In this document: positions 1 to 12,760 of the stretch, in pieces
How positions within the stretch are numbered: position 1 is the stretch's first letter
Layout of the letters: each line of letters begins with the position of its first letter
Assembly: GCF_964213995.1 (NCBI RefSeq)
Contig: NW_027590347.1
Span: 1-64,000 of the forward strand
Direction: 5' to 3'
Origin: Mustelus asterias
Lineage: Eukaryota
Length of the DNA: 64,000 nucleotides
Notes under the pieces: generated by a model
The model's input: only the letters and a program-made list of their open reading frames with translations
What the model was told of the DNA's origin: nothing
The model's database searches: none
Position numbers and translations under genes: made by a program

Positions 1-725
1 GTGTGTGTGAGAGAGAGTGTGTGAGTGTGAGAGAGAGTGTGTGTGTAAGAGATTGTGTNNNNNNNNNNNNNNNNNNNNNNNNNNNNNNNNNNNNNNNNNN
101 NNNNNNNNNNNNNNNNNNNNNNNNNNNNNNNNNNNNNNNNNNNNNNNNNNNNNNNNNNNNNNNNNNNNNNNNNNNNNNNNNNNNNNNNNNNNNNNNNNNN
201 NNNNNNNNNNNNNNNNNNNNNNNNNNNNNNNNNNNNNNNNNNNNNNNNNNNNNNNNNNNNNNNNNNNNNNNNNNNNNNNNNNNNNNNNNNNNNNNNNNNN
301 NNNNNNNNNNNNNNNNNNNNNNNNNNNNNNNNNNNNNNGTGAGTGTGTGAGAGAGAGTGAGTGTGTGTGAGAGAGTGTGTGTGTGTGTGAGTGTGAGAGA
401 GAGTGTGACAGTGTGTGTATGAATACCTCGTGTGAGTGTGTGTATGAAAGATAGACTGAGTGTGTGTGCAAGGGAGAGATGAGTGAGTGTGTAATGAGCG
501 GGGGGGTGAAGTGAGTGAATGTGAGTGTGTGTGAGAGCGTGTGAGGGAGTATTTATGTGTGTGTTGATGAGAGTGTGTTAAAGCGAGTGTTTCCGAGAGA
601 GTGAATGTGTGTGTGAGATGTGTGTGTGTTTGAGTGTGTGTGTGTAAGTGTGTAATAGGGAGTGAGTGTACAAAGTGAGTAAGTGTATAAGAGTGAGTGA
701 GTGCGAGCAGGACAGTGCATGAGTG
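1..725. repeat. Degenerate (GT)n/(GA)n microsatellite tract with an assembly gap (N 59-338)
   Basis: Continuous GTGT/GAGA low-complexity sequence and an N run. Confidence 0.95.
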
Positions 726-727
726 TT

Positions 728-1027
728 AAGTTTCAGTTTATCTACTAGTGTGACAAGTAGGGTTACATTAACACTGCAATGAAGTTACTGTGAGAATCCC
801 CTAGTCGCCACACTCCGGCGCCTGTTCGGGTCACACTGAGGGAGAATTTAGCACGGCCAATGCACCCTAACCAGCACATCTTTCAGAATGTGGGAGGAAA
901 CCGGAGCACCCGGAGGAAACCCACGCAGACACGGGGAGAACGTGCAGACTCTGCACAGACAGTGACCCAAGCCGGGAATCAAACCCGGGTCCCTGGCGCT
1001 GTGAGGCAGCAGTGCTAACCACCGGTG
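728..1027 (-). mobile_element. tRNA-derived V-SINE (HE1-related, alternative 3' tail)
   Basis: Minus strand: tRNA-like head (tggttagcactgctgcctcacagcgccagggacccgggtttgattccc), V-domain (tgcgtgggtttcctccgggtgctccggtttcctccca), tail ending aaactgaaact. Confidence 0.85.
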
Positions 1028-2546
1028 ATAAGGGGGAGAGTTAACAGAAAGCAGCTGGTGAGAATATACTGGCCGGTTTTAATTTAATCCAAATTAATGA
1101 ATTAGAAACTTTTAACCTCAGGAATTGACATCCGAGGATTTCAGTTTAAAATCCCATTGAAGCTCCGTGTCTCATAATGGGATGTTTTTGTCTGTATTTA
1201 GTAATTAGTGACTTCATATCTCACAGCGAGATAAATAAAACTTTTTTCCAATTGATAGGGACAGCTCAATGGACAAAACTGGTGTGAGAAAGGGGCAAAT
1301 CCTTTGAAAATGGAGGCAGAGAGGAGGCTTTGTTCAACTCCCATTCTTTCCCTGTCTTCAGCAGGCTGGGCAGGAAGTGTGAGCAGAGAGGGGGGGATAG
1401 ACAGACACACACTGACACAATCCCCCCAATCCACTCACTCACACATCCCCATTCCCCCTCCACTCGCTGGGTTGTGGGGAGCGGCTGCAAGGATTTTCAG
1501 GGCTGCTGTGGGGGGGTCAGGGGGTTTTTGAAATGGACGAACACGACCTACAGGGGAAAAGAAATAAACTTTGAAACTAAACTAAAGAAACTAAAGGCAG
1601 GAGATTGCAGAATCCATTGCCTCCCTGCATTAACATATCAATAGTCAGTCTGACATTGCCACAAACTCCTCTGGGGTGAGAGGGGGAGGGGGGGTGAATT
1701 AGCATCTCAATAGAGAGACAGACATTGCAGACATGTCAGAGACTCAGGGTGGGGTTTGCATCCAGCACACTCAGGATAAATGTGAATCTGAGAGCCTTCA
1801 GTCTCCACACCAATAATCCCCCTGCACTGAAAACATTCCCACTCTGATTCAGTGTGTGTGTCTCAATCTGCGTTTTTACCTGTGCTTTGCTTGTGTGGAC
1901 ATGATGCTGAATGGACTTGAATGGAAATGCTGGACTCCTCGCTGTGATATGTTGTGTGTCTTATTGTTAAAATGGCCTTGTCTCTTTTTCTCTCTCTTTT
2001 TAACCAATTTTTATCTCTTTTTCTCCTGAGGAATTTTGAAAACTGGGGATGTGTCGAGGATCCAAAGGACGGGAATGTTTGTGACCAGGATGAGGGAGAG
2101 GAGCTTCTTCCAGAGGGAGGGCTGACTGAGGCCTGTTGCTCAGGCTTCATCCCGAGTGAGTTGTGTCTGTTTATTAACCTGATCCAGATTTAATGTTTCA
2201 TATCAGAGGGAGCGAGATCTGAATGAGAGTGGAATAGAGAGAGAGAGAGAGAAACACACAGGGAGGGAAATGTCTCAATCTCTTTAGTCTCTGCTTTACA
2301 ACTGACTTGTTGTGTTTGGGTGTTACTGAGAGATTGTGTCACTGAGAGGAGATCCTGGGTTTTTTGCTGTGCTATTTAATTTAAATATTTTCTTGTATTT
2401 TAATTATTTTCTCTCTCTTTCCCCAAGAATTAATATTTAGATTTTACTGAGAGATTGTGTAACTGAGAAGGGGGAATCCTGGGCTCTTGTGCTATTTAAT
2501 TTAAAGAATTCTTGTATTTTAATTAATTATTTTCTCTTCTCCCCAG

Positions 2547-2648
2547 GAATTTGAATTTTGAAGACTGCAATGGGACTCGGAATCCTTGGACAAGGGGCTT
2601 TTCTCCAGAGGAGGATGGATGGACTGAAGCCTGTTCTATAGGCCGCAT
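2547..2648 (+). other. Putative 102-nt symmetric (phase 2-2) exon of an unidentified gene; copies 3465-3566 (donor GT>AT), 4371-4472, 5901-6002; diverged relative 2031-2155
   Basis: Polypyrimidine+ccccag acceptor, gtgagt donor; only one frame open (NLNFEDCNGTRNPWTRGFSPEEDGWTEACSIGR). Confidence 0.45.
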
Positions 2649-4919
2649 GTGAGTTGTCTCTTTGTTACCCTGATCCAGGTTTAATTTTAATCTCGCTTCC
2701 TCGGATGAACCAGTTCTGGTTCGATTGTGGGGTGTGGGGGGGCAGCTGGAGTTTGAAACCCTGGGGTTAAAATATCCTGGCTTTGCAGTTAGTCAGAAAC
2801 AGGTTAACCCTTTGCTGGGTGGCAAAGAGTAAATTAAATATCTGTAATATGAAGCAGTCTGAAAGTTAGTTTTAAATCCAAGATAACAGGGGATGGGAGA
2901 CAGAGCGCTGTTCCTAATTGTTGAATAAAATTCATAGAGGCCTTTACAATTCAGTTTTCAGATGTTCAGACTTTCATTGTGTCCTCTCTGCAGCTTTTCC
3001 GCCATTCTGTCTATTTCTCTCCGCTTTCTCTCTTTCTCTCCCTTTCCTTCCTCTATCTGTCTCTCTTTTCTATTCCCTCTCTCTCCCTCTTTTTCCCAGG
3101 AAGTCATATTTTGTTGGACAATCTCTCAGTAAAATCTGAGAAGGGGGAATCTTGGGCTCTTGTGCTATTTAATTTAAACATTTTCTGGTATTTTAATATA
3201 TTTCTCTCTCTTTTACCCAAGAATTAATATTTAGCTTTTACTGAGAGATTGTGTAACTGAGAAAGGGGAATCCTGGGCTCTTGTGCTATTTAATTTCAAC
3301 ATTTTCTTGTATTTAAATTAATTATATTCTATCTCTTCCCAAGGAATTCATATTTAGTTAAACAATCTCTCAGTGAAATCTTAGAAGGAGGAATCCTGGG
3401 CTCTTGTGCTATTTAATTTAAACATTTTATTGTACCTTAATTAATTATTTTCTCTTCTCCCCAGGAATTTGAATTTTGAAGACTGCAACATGACTCGGAA
3501 TCCTTGGACAAGGGGCTTTTCTCCAGAGGAGGATGGATGGACTGAGGCCTGTTCTATAGGCTGCAAATGAGTTGTCGTCTCTTTATTACCCTGATCCAGG
3601 TTTAATTTTAATCTCGCTTCCTCGGATGAACCAGTCCTGGTTCGATTGTGGGGTGGGGGGGCTGGAGTTTGAAACCCTGGGGTTAAAATATCCCGGCTTT
3701 GCAATTAGTTACAAACACATTAACCCTTAGGTGGGTGGCAAAGAGTTAATTAAATGTCTGTGATATGAAACTGTCTCAATTTGTTTTAAATCCAAGATAA
3801 CAGGGATGGGAGACAGACCGCTGTTCCTAATTGTTGAATAAAATTCACAGAGGCCTTTACAATTCAGTTTTCAGAAGTTCAAAATTTCATTTCGTCCTCT
3901 CTGCAGCTTTTCCCCCATTCTGTCTATTTCCTCTCTGCTTTCTCTCTCTCCATCCCTTTCCTTCCTCTATCTGTCTCTCTTTTTTATTCCCTCTCTCTCT
4001 CCCTCTTTTTCCCAGGAAATAATATTTTGTTGGACAATCTCTCAGTAAAATCTGAGAAGGGGGAATCTTGGGCTCTTGTGCTATTTAATTTAAACATTTT
4101 CTGGTATTTTAATATATTTCTCTCTCTTTTACCCAAGAATTAATATTTAGATTTTACTGAGAGATTGTGTAACTGAGAAAGGGGAATCCTGGGCTCTTGT
4201 GTATTAAATTTAAACATTTTCTTGTATTTAAATTAATTATATTCGATCTCTTCCCAAGGAATTAATATTTAGTTGGACAATCTCTCAGTGAAATCTTAGA
4301 AGGGGGAATCCTGGGCTCTTGTGCTAAACATTTTCTTGTATTTTAATTAATTAATTTCTCTTCTCCCCAGGAATTTGAATTTTGAAGACTGCAATGTGAC
4401 TCAGAATCCTTGGACAAGGGGCTTTTCTCCAGAGGAGGATGGATGGACTGAAGCCTGTTCTATAGGCCGCATGTGAGTTGTCGTCTCTTTATTACCCTGA
4501 TCCAGGTTTAATTTTAATCTCGCTTCCTCGGATGAACCAATCCTGGTTCGATTGTGGGATGGGGTGGGGTGGAGTTTGAAACCCTGGGGTTAAAATATCC
4601 CGGCTTTGCAATTCGTCACAAACAGGTTAACCCTTTGCTGGGTGGCAAAGAGTAAATTAAATATCTGTAATATGAAACTGTCTAAAAGTTTGATGCAAAT
4701 CCAAAATAACAGGGGTGGGAGAGAGTGATTTACCCGAATGTTAAATAAGATTCACAGAGGACATTACAATTCAATTTTCTGAAGTTCAGCCTTTACATTT
4801 ATCTTCCCCTCTGCAGCTTTCTTCCCCATTCTATTTCGCTCTGCTTTTCTCTCTCTCTCTCTCCAGTATTTTTCCCCTATCTTCAGCTTTCTCTCCCTTC
4901 CTGTTTCTTTCCATTCATC

Positions 4920-5200
4920 TCTCCCTCTCGAGCATTCTTCCATATCTGTCCATCACTCACCAGAATGTCTCTCTCTCCCTCTCGAGCATTCTTCCATATC
5001 TGTCTATCACTCTCCAGAATGTCTCTCTCTCTCTCTCTCTCGAGCGTTCTTCCATATCTGTCCATCACTCTCCAGAATGTCTCTCTCTCCCTCTCTCGAG
5101 CATTCTTCCATATCTGTCCATCACTCTCCAGAATGTCTCTCTCTCTCTCTCTCTCGAGCATTCTTCCATATCTGTCTATCACTCTCCAGAATGTCTCTCT
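4920..5200. repeat. ~55-60-bp minisatellite, 5 copies
   Basis: ctcgagcattcttccatatctgtccatcactctccagaatgtctctctct repeated in tandem. Confidence 0.95.
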
Positions 5201-7115
5201 CTGGCTCCATCTTCCTTTGTGTCTCTTTAAACCTTTAATCAACAAAAACTGTGTTATTGTAAACAGGGAGACAGGAATATGGCATCGCTCATTTCAATGC
5301 AGAGTACATGAGAGAGAGGGAAAGAAACAGCTATGGACAGAGACAACGAGTGAGAAAGAGAGGGGACAGGGACAAGGATCCAGACAGGAACATCCATCTT
5401 TACACTGAGTGAGAGAGACAGGAGCAGAGGGAGAAAAGAGAGGGAGATAGTGAAAGGGAGATGGAGGGAGTTGTAGAAATCAATCCCGGGAGGGCGATTT
5501 TAAAAAGTGTCCCGAAGGAATCAGCAGCCCCTTCCCAAACTGAAAGAGGGAGATGAGCAGCTCCTGGAGTCTGAGAGGGAGACAGGGATGGACTGGGGGG
5601 TTGTGGATATTTGAATTCAGTTTTAGGAGATTCTGTTTGTAGACTTCTCTCTCTCTGTTCATGCCATTCTGATGTTTCTGAGAGATTGTGTAACTGAGAA
5701 GGGGGAATCCTGCGTTTTGGTGAGATTTAATTTCAATGGTTTCTTGTATTTAATTAATTTTCTCTCTCTTTTCCCCAAGAATTCATATCTAGTTAGACAA
5801 TCTCTCAGTAAAATCTGAGAAGGGGAATCCTGGGCTCTTGTGCTATTTAATTTAAATATTTTCTTGTATTTTAATTAACTATTTTCTCTCTTCTCCCCAG
5901 GAATTTGAATTTTGAAGACTGCAACGGGACTCGGAATCCTTGGACAAGGGGCTTTTCTCCAGAGGAGGATGGATGGACTGAAGCCTGTTCTATAGGCCGC
6001 ATGTGAGTTGTTGTCTCTTTATTATCCTGATCCAGGTTTAATTTTAATCTTGCTTCCTCGGATTCGATTGTGGGGAGGGGGGGCTGGAGTTTGAAACCCT
6101 GGGGTTAAAATATCCCGGCTTTGTAATTAGTCACGAACACGTTAACCCTTTGGTGGGTGGCAAAGACTAAATTATGTATGAAACTGTCTATAAGTTTGCT
6201 TTAAATCTAAAATAACAGGGGTCGGAGACAGAGCAATGAACCTAATTGTTGAATAAAATTCACAGAGGCCTTTACAATTCAGTTTACAGATGTTCAGATT
6301 TTCATTTCATCCTCTCCACAGCTTTTCCCCCATTCTGTCTATTTCTCTCTGCTTTTCTCTCCATTTCCTTCCTCTATCTGCCTCTCTTTAATCTCTCTCT
6401 CTCCCTCTTTTTCCCAGGAATTAATATTTAGTTGGACAATCTCTCAGTAAAACCTGGAAAGGGGCAATCCTGGGATTTTGTGCTGTGTAATTTTCATTCT
6501 GGGTGTCCCGGGGGGTTTGATTTCACTGTCTCAGCCCCTCTCTGCCTCACTCTCTCTCTCTCTCTGTATAAACTTTTCCCAAATTACAAAACACTCAACA
6601 CAGCTGACTGCACCTTGTGGGATCTTGCTGGGGATTTTGTTTTAAAAAGGGGTGTTTTCTCAGAGGCAGTTTAAACCTTTCAGGGGACTGCGGGGAAGTC
6701 TCCAGACTTGGGACAACACACACACAGGGTTGGGGGCTGGGGTTGGCGGGCGGGGAGGTGGGCAGTCAGGTATACTGGTATTCTGGGAGACTGATATTCC
6801 CAACAAGGGCCAGAGGTCTCAGTGCTGAAACATATTAAACTGTTCAAACAGAGGCAGGCAGAAAGCCATGAGGCTTCAGAGCTCCCTGTAGATGCAAAGG
6901 TAACTCTGTCAAAAAGTAGCCACATGTGAAGTGGAAACACCTTCCCTCAGCTTGTTACACACTGACCTTTCCACAACCCCAACATGTTTACAAACACTCG
7001 CTGCAGTTTCTGCAAACTTTGTATCAAACTGCCTCCCACTCTGCTCAATACTGACCCCCTCTCAACCTGGCACTGAACTAGTGTCTGAATTGAGACAGAG
7101 ACACACAGACAGAGG

Positions 7116-7410
7116 TTTTAAAGTTGAAAGTTTTAAAGTTTGATTATTAGTGTCACAAGTAAGGCTTACATTAACACTGCAATGAAGTTACTGAGAGAGA
7201 CAGAGACACACAGAGACATAGATAAAGAGACAGAAAGAGACAGAGAGGATATTTAAAGTTTTAAAGTTTGTTTATTCGTGTCACAAGTAAGGCTCACATT
7301 AACGCTGCAGTTACTGAGAGAGACAGAAAGAGAGAGTTTTTAAAGTTGAAAGATTTAAAGTTTATTTCTTAGTGTCACAAGGCTTACATTAACACTGCAA
7401 TGAAGTTAGT
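7116..7410 (-). repeat. Three tandem copies of a V-SINE 3' tail separated by GA-rich spacers
   Basis: aaagttt...gtgtcacaagtaaggcttacattaacactgca x3; same tail as at 730-790. Confidence 0.8.
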
Positions 7411-9364
7411 GAGAAAGACAGAGATAGAGGGAGCATCCAGAGTGGGTTCAGTAATACATTTATTGATCAGATATCTCTCTCTGTGACTCTTTAGCGATGA
7501 GATATTCAGCCAGGATGGTTTCACTGACCCTCTTCAGCAGGCAGATATTCCCAAATCCAGCCTAGGTCTCAGACACACACACACACCACTCACACATTCC
7601 CTCTGCTCTGTCCAAGGGAATATTTTAATCCAGGAATTTCTATTTTATATTTACAGGGTGAGGGGGGGGGAGAAACTCAACTCAAAAATCCTGCAGTCTC
7701 TCCAAGCTGCTTTTAAATTTCAAATCAAACCCTGGGCCACATGGGAAGCTGCAGAGATTGGGAAACTTACCAAACCCAGTTTGTGTGTGTGAGTGTCTGC
7801 AGCTTTTGTGTCTTTGAACTTGCGAGGGTGCCAGGGAGAGAATGTCACTGTCTTCACCTCTCTCTCTGCCTCTCTGTATAAAAAAATCACCAAATTAAAC
7901 CACACTCAATAATGCGACCATACACAATTAATAATCAAATATCTGTCTCTCTCGCTTTATCTCTGTCTCTCCCCGTCTCTCTCTCTCCCTGTCCTCTCTC
8001 TCCCTGTCTCTTCTCGAGCAGAAACAGATGGAGACAGAGAGGCAGGGAGAGAGAGGAAGAGGGAGGGATGGAAACAGCTGGAGTTGTGGATTAGATGCAG
8101 GGGGAGAGACACAGGCTGTTAGAGGGAGGGGGGGTTTCAGTGAGGGACAGGGTCTCCAGTTTAATTCTGAGGGTCCTGAGAGAGGGATTTCACTGTCTCA
8201 GCCCCTCTCTGGCTCCCTCACTCTGTATAAACAATTCCCAAATTTAAAAAACGCTCAACACAGCTGACTGCACTTTGTGGGATCTTGCTGTGCACCACAG
8301 GGATTTTAGTTTTAAAAAGGGTTACTTTTAAGAGGAAGTTCTGGCCTTTCTGGAGATTTGGGATGATGCAGACACACACACAGACACACACAGGGTAGTG
8401 AGTGGGGAAGGGGGATCACAGCAGGCAAGAGAGTCGGGGAGGGGTGGGGGAAGGACTGTGTCCCATCTGATTCAGGTTCACAATCCACCCAACCCGCACA
8501 GCTTTGGACTGTGGGAGGAGGATAGATTGGGATTTGATGGCCAGCATGGAGCTGGTGGGCCGAAGGGCCTGTTTCTGTGCTGTGTGACTCCAGATTCTTT
8601 TCTCTCTGTCTTTTCCCAGGAATTTCTATTTGGATGGGGGGGGGGGTATAGAATTTCTCTGTCTCTCCAGTGTTCTTACCAATCCCAGCACCCCTCCCCT
8701 CCCCTCTCTCTCTCCCCAGACATTCCTGTCTATATTTCATCTTTCAATAAAATGTTTAAGAAAACACCAATGTGAATTGTTGTCAATTTAATTTGGGGAG
8801 AGAGAGAGAGAGAGAGAGGAGTGGATCCCATTTCCCACACACTCTCCTGCAGTCCTCACCCACAACATTTATTTAATCTGGCCCTCACCAGGTTGTGTGT
8901 GTGGGATCTTGCTGTGCACACAGGTGGGTCTGGCTCCCTATTCCTCGCACTGTGACCGTGAGCAGAACTTTAAACAGGAAAGATTGAGGGGAAGGAGAAG
9001 GGTTGGGGAGGCGGAGGAGGCAGAGAGAGAGACAGAGAAATGGAGGGAGAGCTAAACAGAGAGGGGGTGGGGGAGGTGTGAGAGGGTCTCAGGAGGGGCA
9101 GGGGGAAAGAGACACAGAGTCTGGGGGTGTCCTCCTCCACTGTGGGACTGGCAGTGGGATCTTGCTGTGCAGAATTACCTTCATTGTCATTTGAATCATT
9201 CATTCATTGACTAAGGGAGGGTGGGTGTGTGATTATAAATATTGTTACCACTCTGAGGTGATGTTTCCCTCTGCGCTATTTTGTAACCCCCTAAAGGGAT
9301 ACACCTCGCCTCGTAATCTTAAATAAGTATGTGAGAGACAGGAGGAAGCGACTGGTTTTAGACA

Positions 9365-9540
9365 TTCAATCCCTACAGTGCAGAAGGAGGTCATTCGGCC
9401 CATCTAGTCTGTACCGACCACAATCCCACCCAGGCCCTATTCCCGTAACCCACACTTTTAACCTGCTAATCCCCCTGACACTGGGGTCAATTTAACACGG
9501 CCAATCCACCGAACCCGCACAGCTTTGTGCTGTGGGAGAA
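9365..9540 (-). mobile_element. HE1 SINE 3' fragment
   Basis: ccctacagtgcagaaggaggtcattcggcccatc...ccaggccctattcccgtaac matches the full copy at 32655-33000. Confidence 0.8.
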
Positions 9541-10799
9541 ATTGGTAAATTAAAGCAAGATCTGACACTCTCTCCATCAGGAACAACCAAACAGGTCTTT
9601 AATTTAGACTGGGTGACAACCTTATTAAAACAATGAACAAACTGAATAAACTCCCCAGTAGAATGCTGTTCCAATGACAAGACTCACTCAGGAATAATGA
9701 AATAAATCATTACAGAATAGAGTCACCCTCGAATAACCAGGCGTCTGTTGGAAGTGTGAACTTCCTTCTGCTGCTTGGGTCTGGAATACTTTCTGAGTTG
9801 GTTTCTGCTTCTATTTAGATGGTGATGTGATGAAGCTGTATATATTACTGCAGGATTCAGTATCAGACTCTCCCCCCTTCAATCTAAAGAGGCAGCAAGG
9901 TCGCTCCCTCCCCGTTATTTCCCCCTGTCCCGGGTTTAAATACCCAGAATTTCCTCACAGTATTCCTGCAATTTGAGTGGCTTGAGGCTGTCACCAACGC
10001 TCCAATTTGAATGCAATTGGTTGTGTGCGTTTGGGAGCTTGTTTTAAAATCATTGGTCCAGTTCAAAGCCTGTTTTGCTCTGCTGGGACTCTGGCTGCTG
10101 CTTTGGACACAAATGTTGTAAAGTTGTGTTCTGCAGCCTGCTTTCTGCAGTTTAAAATCCCCAGCACAGAGACACAGGCTTTCTAAAGACACAACGCTGG
10201 ATGGTTCGTTTTGTTTTTCTCAGCATTTCTTTTCAATATTTACATTTGTCAAACACCACATTTTTAACCTGATATACGCAACTTCATAACAATATTAGAC
10301 AGGGAGAGAGAGATCGGGAGAGACAGAGAGAAAGTCACACAAAGAGAGAGAGAGAGACAGGGAGACAGAGAGAGAGAGAGAGTCACATGGAGTAATGAGG
10401 ATGGGGCCTGGATGTGAATGTGGTTGGTGTAGACCTGATGGGCCGAATGGCCTCCTTCTGTACTGTAGGATTCTGTGATTCTGTAATGGGGGCTGCGTGC
10501 GGTGTGAGGGGAGGGTGGAAGGGGACAGGGGGTGGGGGAAGCACTGGTTCCCTTTTCCCCCCTCCCTCCTCCCAGGCCCTGTCCGGGAGGTTTCGGGGCT
10601 GGAGGGGATTGTTCTGGTGAACTGGCCGGGGCCTGGGGAACCTGTTCTTTGTCCAGGATGTATAATGCAGCCTCTGTGACCAGGCCTCAATCCCAGGCCT
10701 AACCTCAGGAAGGCTTTTGCATTTTGCTCCTTTTCCAAACAGTGCCTGTGTTTAAATCGATGGGACTCGACGGTCGAATAAAACCTGCAGCAGACACTT

Positions 10800-11258
10800 T
10801 AATACAAAGAACAGCACAGCACAGGAACAGGTCCTTTGGCCCTCCAAGCCTGCGCCGATCATGTTTACCTATCGAGACCAATGGCCTGTATCCCTCTCTA
10901 CCCCGTTTGTTCATGTGTCTATCCAGATAAGTCTTAAATGTCACTAATGTATCTGCCCCAACCACCTCACTTGGCAGCGCATTCCAGGCCCCCACCACCC
11001 TCTGTGTAAAAACCTTCCCCGCACATCTCCACTCAACCTTTCCCCCCTTATCTTGAACTTGTTCCCCCTTGTAATTATCACTTCTGTCCTGGGAAAAAGC
11101 TCCCAACTGTTTATCCTCGCCACACCCCTCATAATTTTATAAACTTCCAGCTGGTCGTCCCTCAGCCTCCGTCTTTCCAGGGAGAACAATCCCAGTTTAT
11201 TCAATCAATCCTCACAGCCAATACCCTCCATACCAGGCAACATCCTGGTCAACCCTTT
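10800..11258 (-). mobile_element. CR1-clade LINE 3' fragment (ORF2 C-terminus and tail)
   Basis: Minus-strand peptides KLGLFSLERRRLRDD..EVYKIMRG and FTQRVVGAWNALP. Confidence 0.9.
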
Positions 11259-11259
11259 C

Positions 11260-12760
11260 ATTGGATTTGGGATGTGATTGTGGGTTTTCCTGCTATATCT
11301 CTTTCTCTTCAATCTTTCTCCCGTGATTGTGAGTTATCAGGGAGGGAGAGAGAGAGAGAGAGAGAAAGGGATGGTAACAGAGAGAGAGAGAGAGAGAGAG
11401 GGCAAAGGCAGAGGGGCAGGGAGAGGAGAGAGATTGGAGGGGAGTGGGTTAGAGGGGGGGGGGGGGGGGGGGAGCCTCCGCTGTGCACTCACAGCCCAGC
11501 CAGCTCCCCAGTCTCTGGTTCGGTGCATTAACCCACTCTGGTGCATTAACAGGCGCCAGAGTGTGGCGACTAGGAGAATTTCACAGTAACTTCATTGCAG
11601 TGTTAATGTAAGCCTTACTTGTGACTAAGAAATAAACTTTACTTTATACTTTACTCTGAGATAAAGACCCTCACTCACAGCCTCCCAGAAGGTGGGATTT
11701 AGAAACAGCGACTGTGTAACTGAGGCTGAATCTGTGCTGTTGTGTTTGAAAATATATTTTCCTCATATTTGATGTGTTGTAAAGATATTGGAATCTGGCT
11801 GCTGCCACATTGCAGTGAGAGAGAGATCTGGCTTTGCAGGAGGAGCTTCCCTCCCCATTTCCCCATGGAAATCACTGAGAAATAGCAAACGTGGCCCACA
11901 ACACGTCATTATTTGAAACGGTCAGACAGAAACTTATCAGAGAGAGCATTTTAATCCCCATTCATCCCCAGACGGAGAAACAGAGCAGAGATCAGGACAG
12001 ATTATCCAGAGTAGGAGAGACCGGGGCAGAGATGGGGTTTGGATATATATAGATCTGGGGGGAAAGCAAAAGAGACACAGAGGGGGCTGGACAGGTTCAG
12101 AGATAGAGGGAGAGAGAAACAGCGAGAGAAAGAGGGAATCAGAGAGAGGTGGGACTCTGCTCGAAGTGGAAGGTTCCCAGTTCAGATCGAATGTACTAAC
12201 AGCACCAATGCTGGAGTGACTTATTATTTTCATTTGGGGTGGGGGAGAGATGGAGGGGAGAGAGAGGGAGACGTGTGGTTCCCTCATTTCCCACTCACTT
12301 CACCCCAATCCTCACTTCAAAATCACTTTGTATCTGGCCCTGTTCAAGCTGTGTGTGGGATCTTGCTGTGCACTCATGCTCTGTCCCCCTGCCCCATATT
12401 CCTCACACTATGACAGAGCCCCATGCTTTAAACATGAAAAGATGGAGGGGAAGGCGGGTGGGGTAGAGAGAGAGGAACAGAGAATGGGTGGGGAGTGTGG
12501 GGGGGCTCAGTGGAGGGGGGTAGGGGGATAGAGACAGAGGCTCTGGGGGTGGGGGGGGGGGTGTCCTCCTGCAGTGTGGGACTCCCTGTGGGATCCTGAT
12601 TGCAGCATTCCCAGTCTCTCTCTCTCTCACTGTGAAGCACTCGGGAGGGAGAGGGAGCTGAAATTCAAATTCCTGAGCCTGGGGGAAAGGCTTGTTCTCA
12701 ATCCCAGAGTCCTGCTTGTGTTTTTAGACAGGGCGCTGGGATCTGTGGGTGTGGCTTTCT
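11260..12760. repeat. Local segmental duplication, copy 1 (copy 2 about 14860-16170); 12270-12620 also repeated at 13050-13410
   Basis: Long near-identical runs, e.g. 11790-12110 vs 15183-15510. Confidence 0.9.

Larger units (their letters stand above)
2320..6480. repeat. Tandem ~0.9-kb duplication units built from ~122-bp subrepeats plus an exon-like module
   Basis: Module starts at 2547, 3465, 4371, 5901; subrepeat 'gagaagggggaatcctgggctcttgtgctatttaatttaaa' recurs about 10 times. Confidence 0.9.

Noticed and set aside
3-370. ORFs spanning the N gaps (also 37905-38897)
   Set aside because: Artefacts of microsatellite plus unknown bases
2320-6480. CRISPR-like repeat/spacer look of the subrepeats (also the 69-bp array at 29686)
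   Set aside because: Eukaryotic context, spacers are not unique, no cas genes
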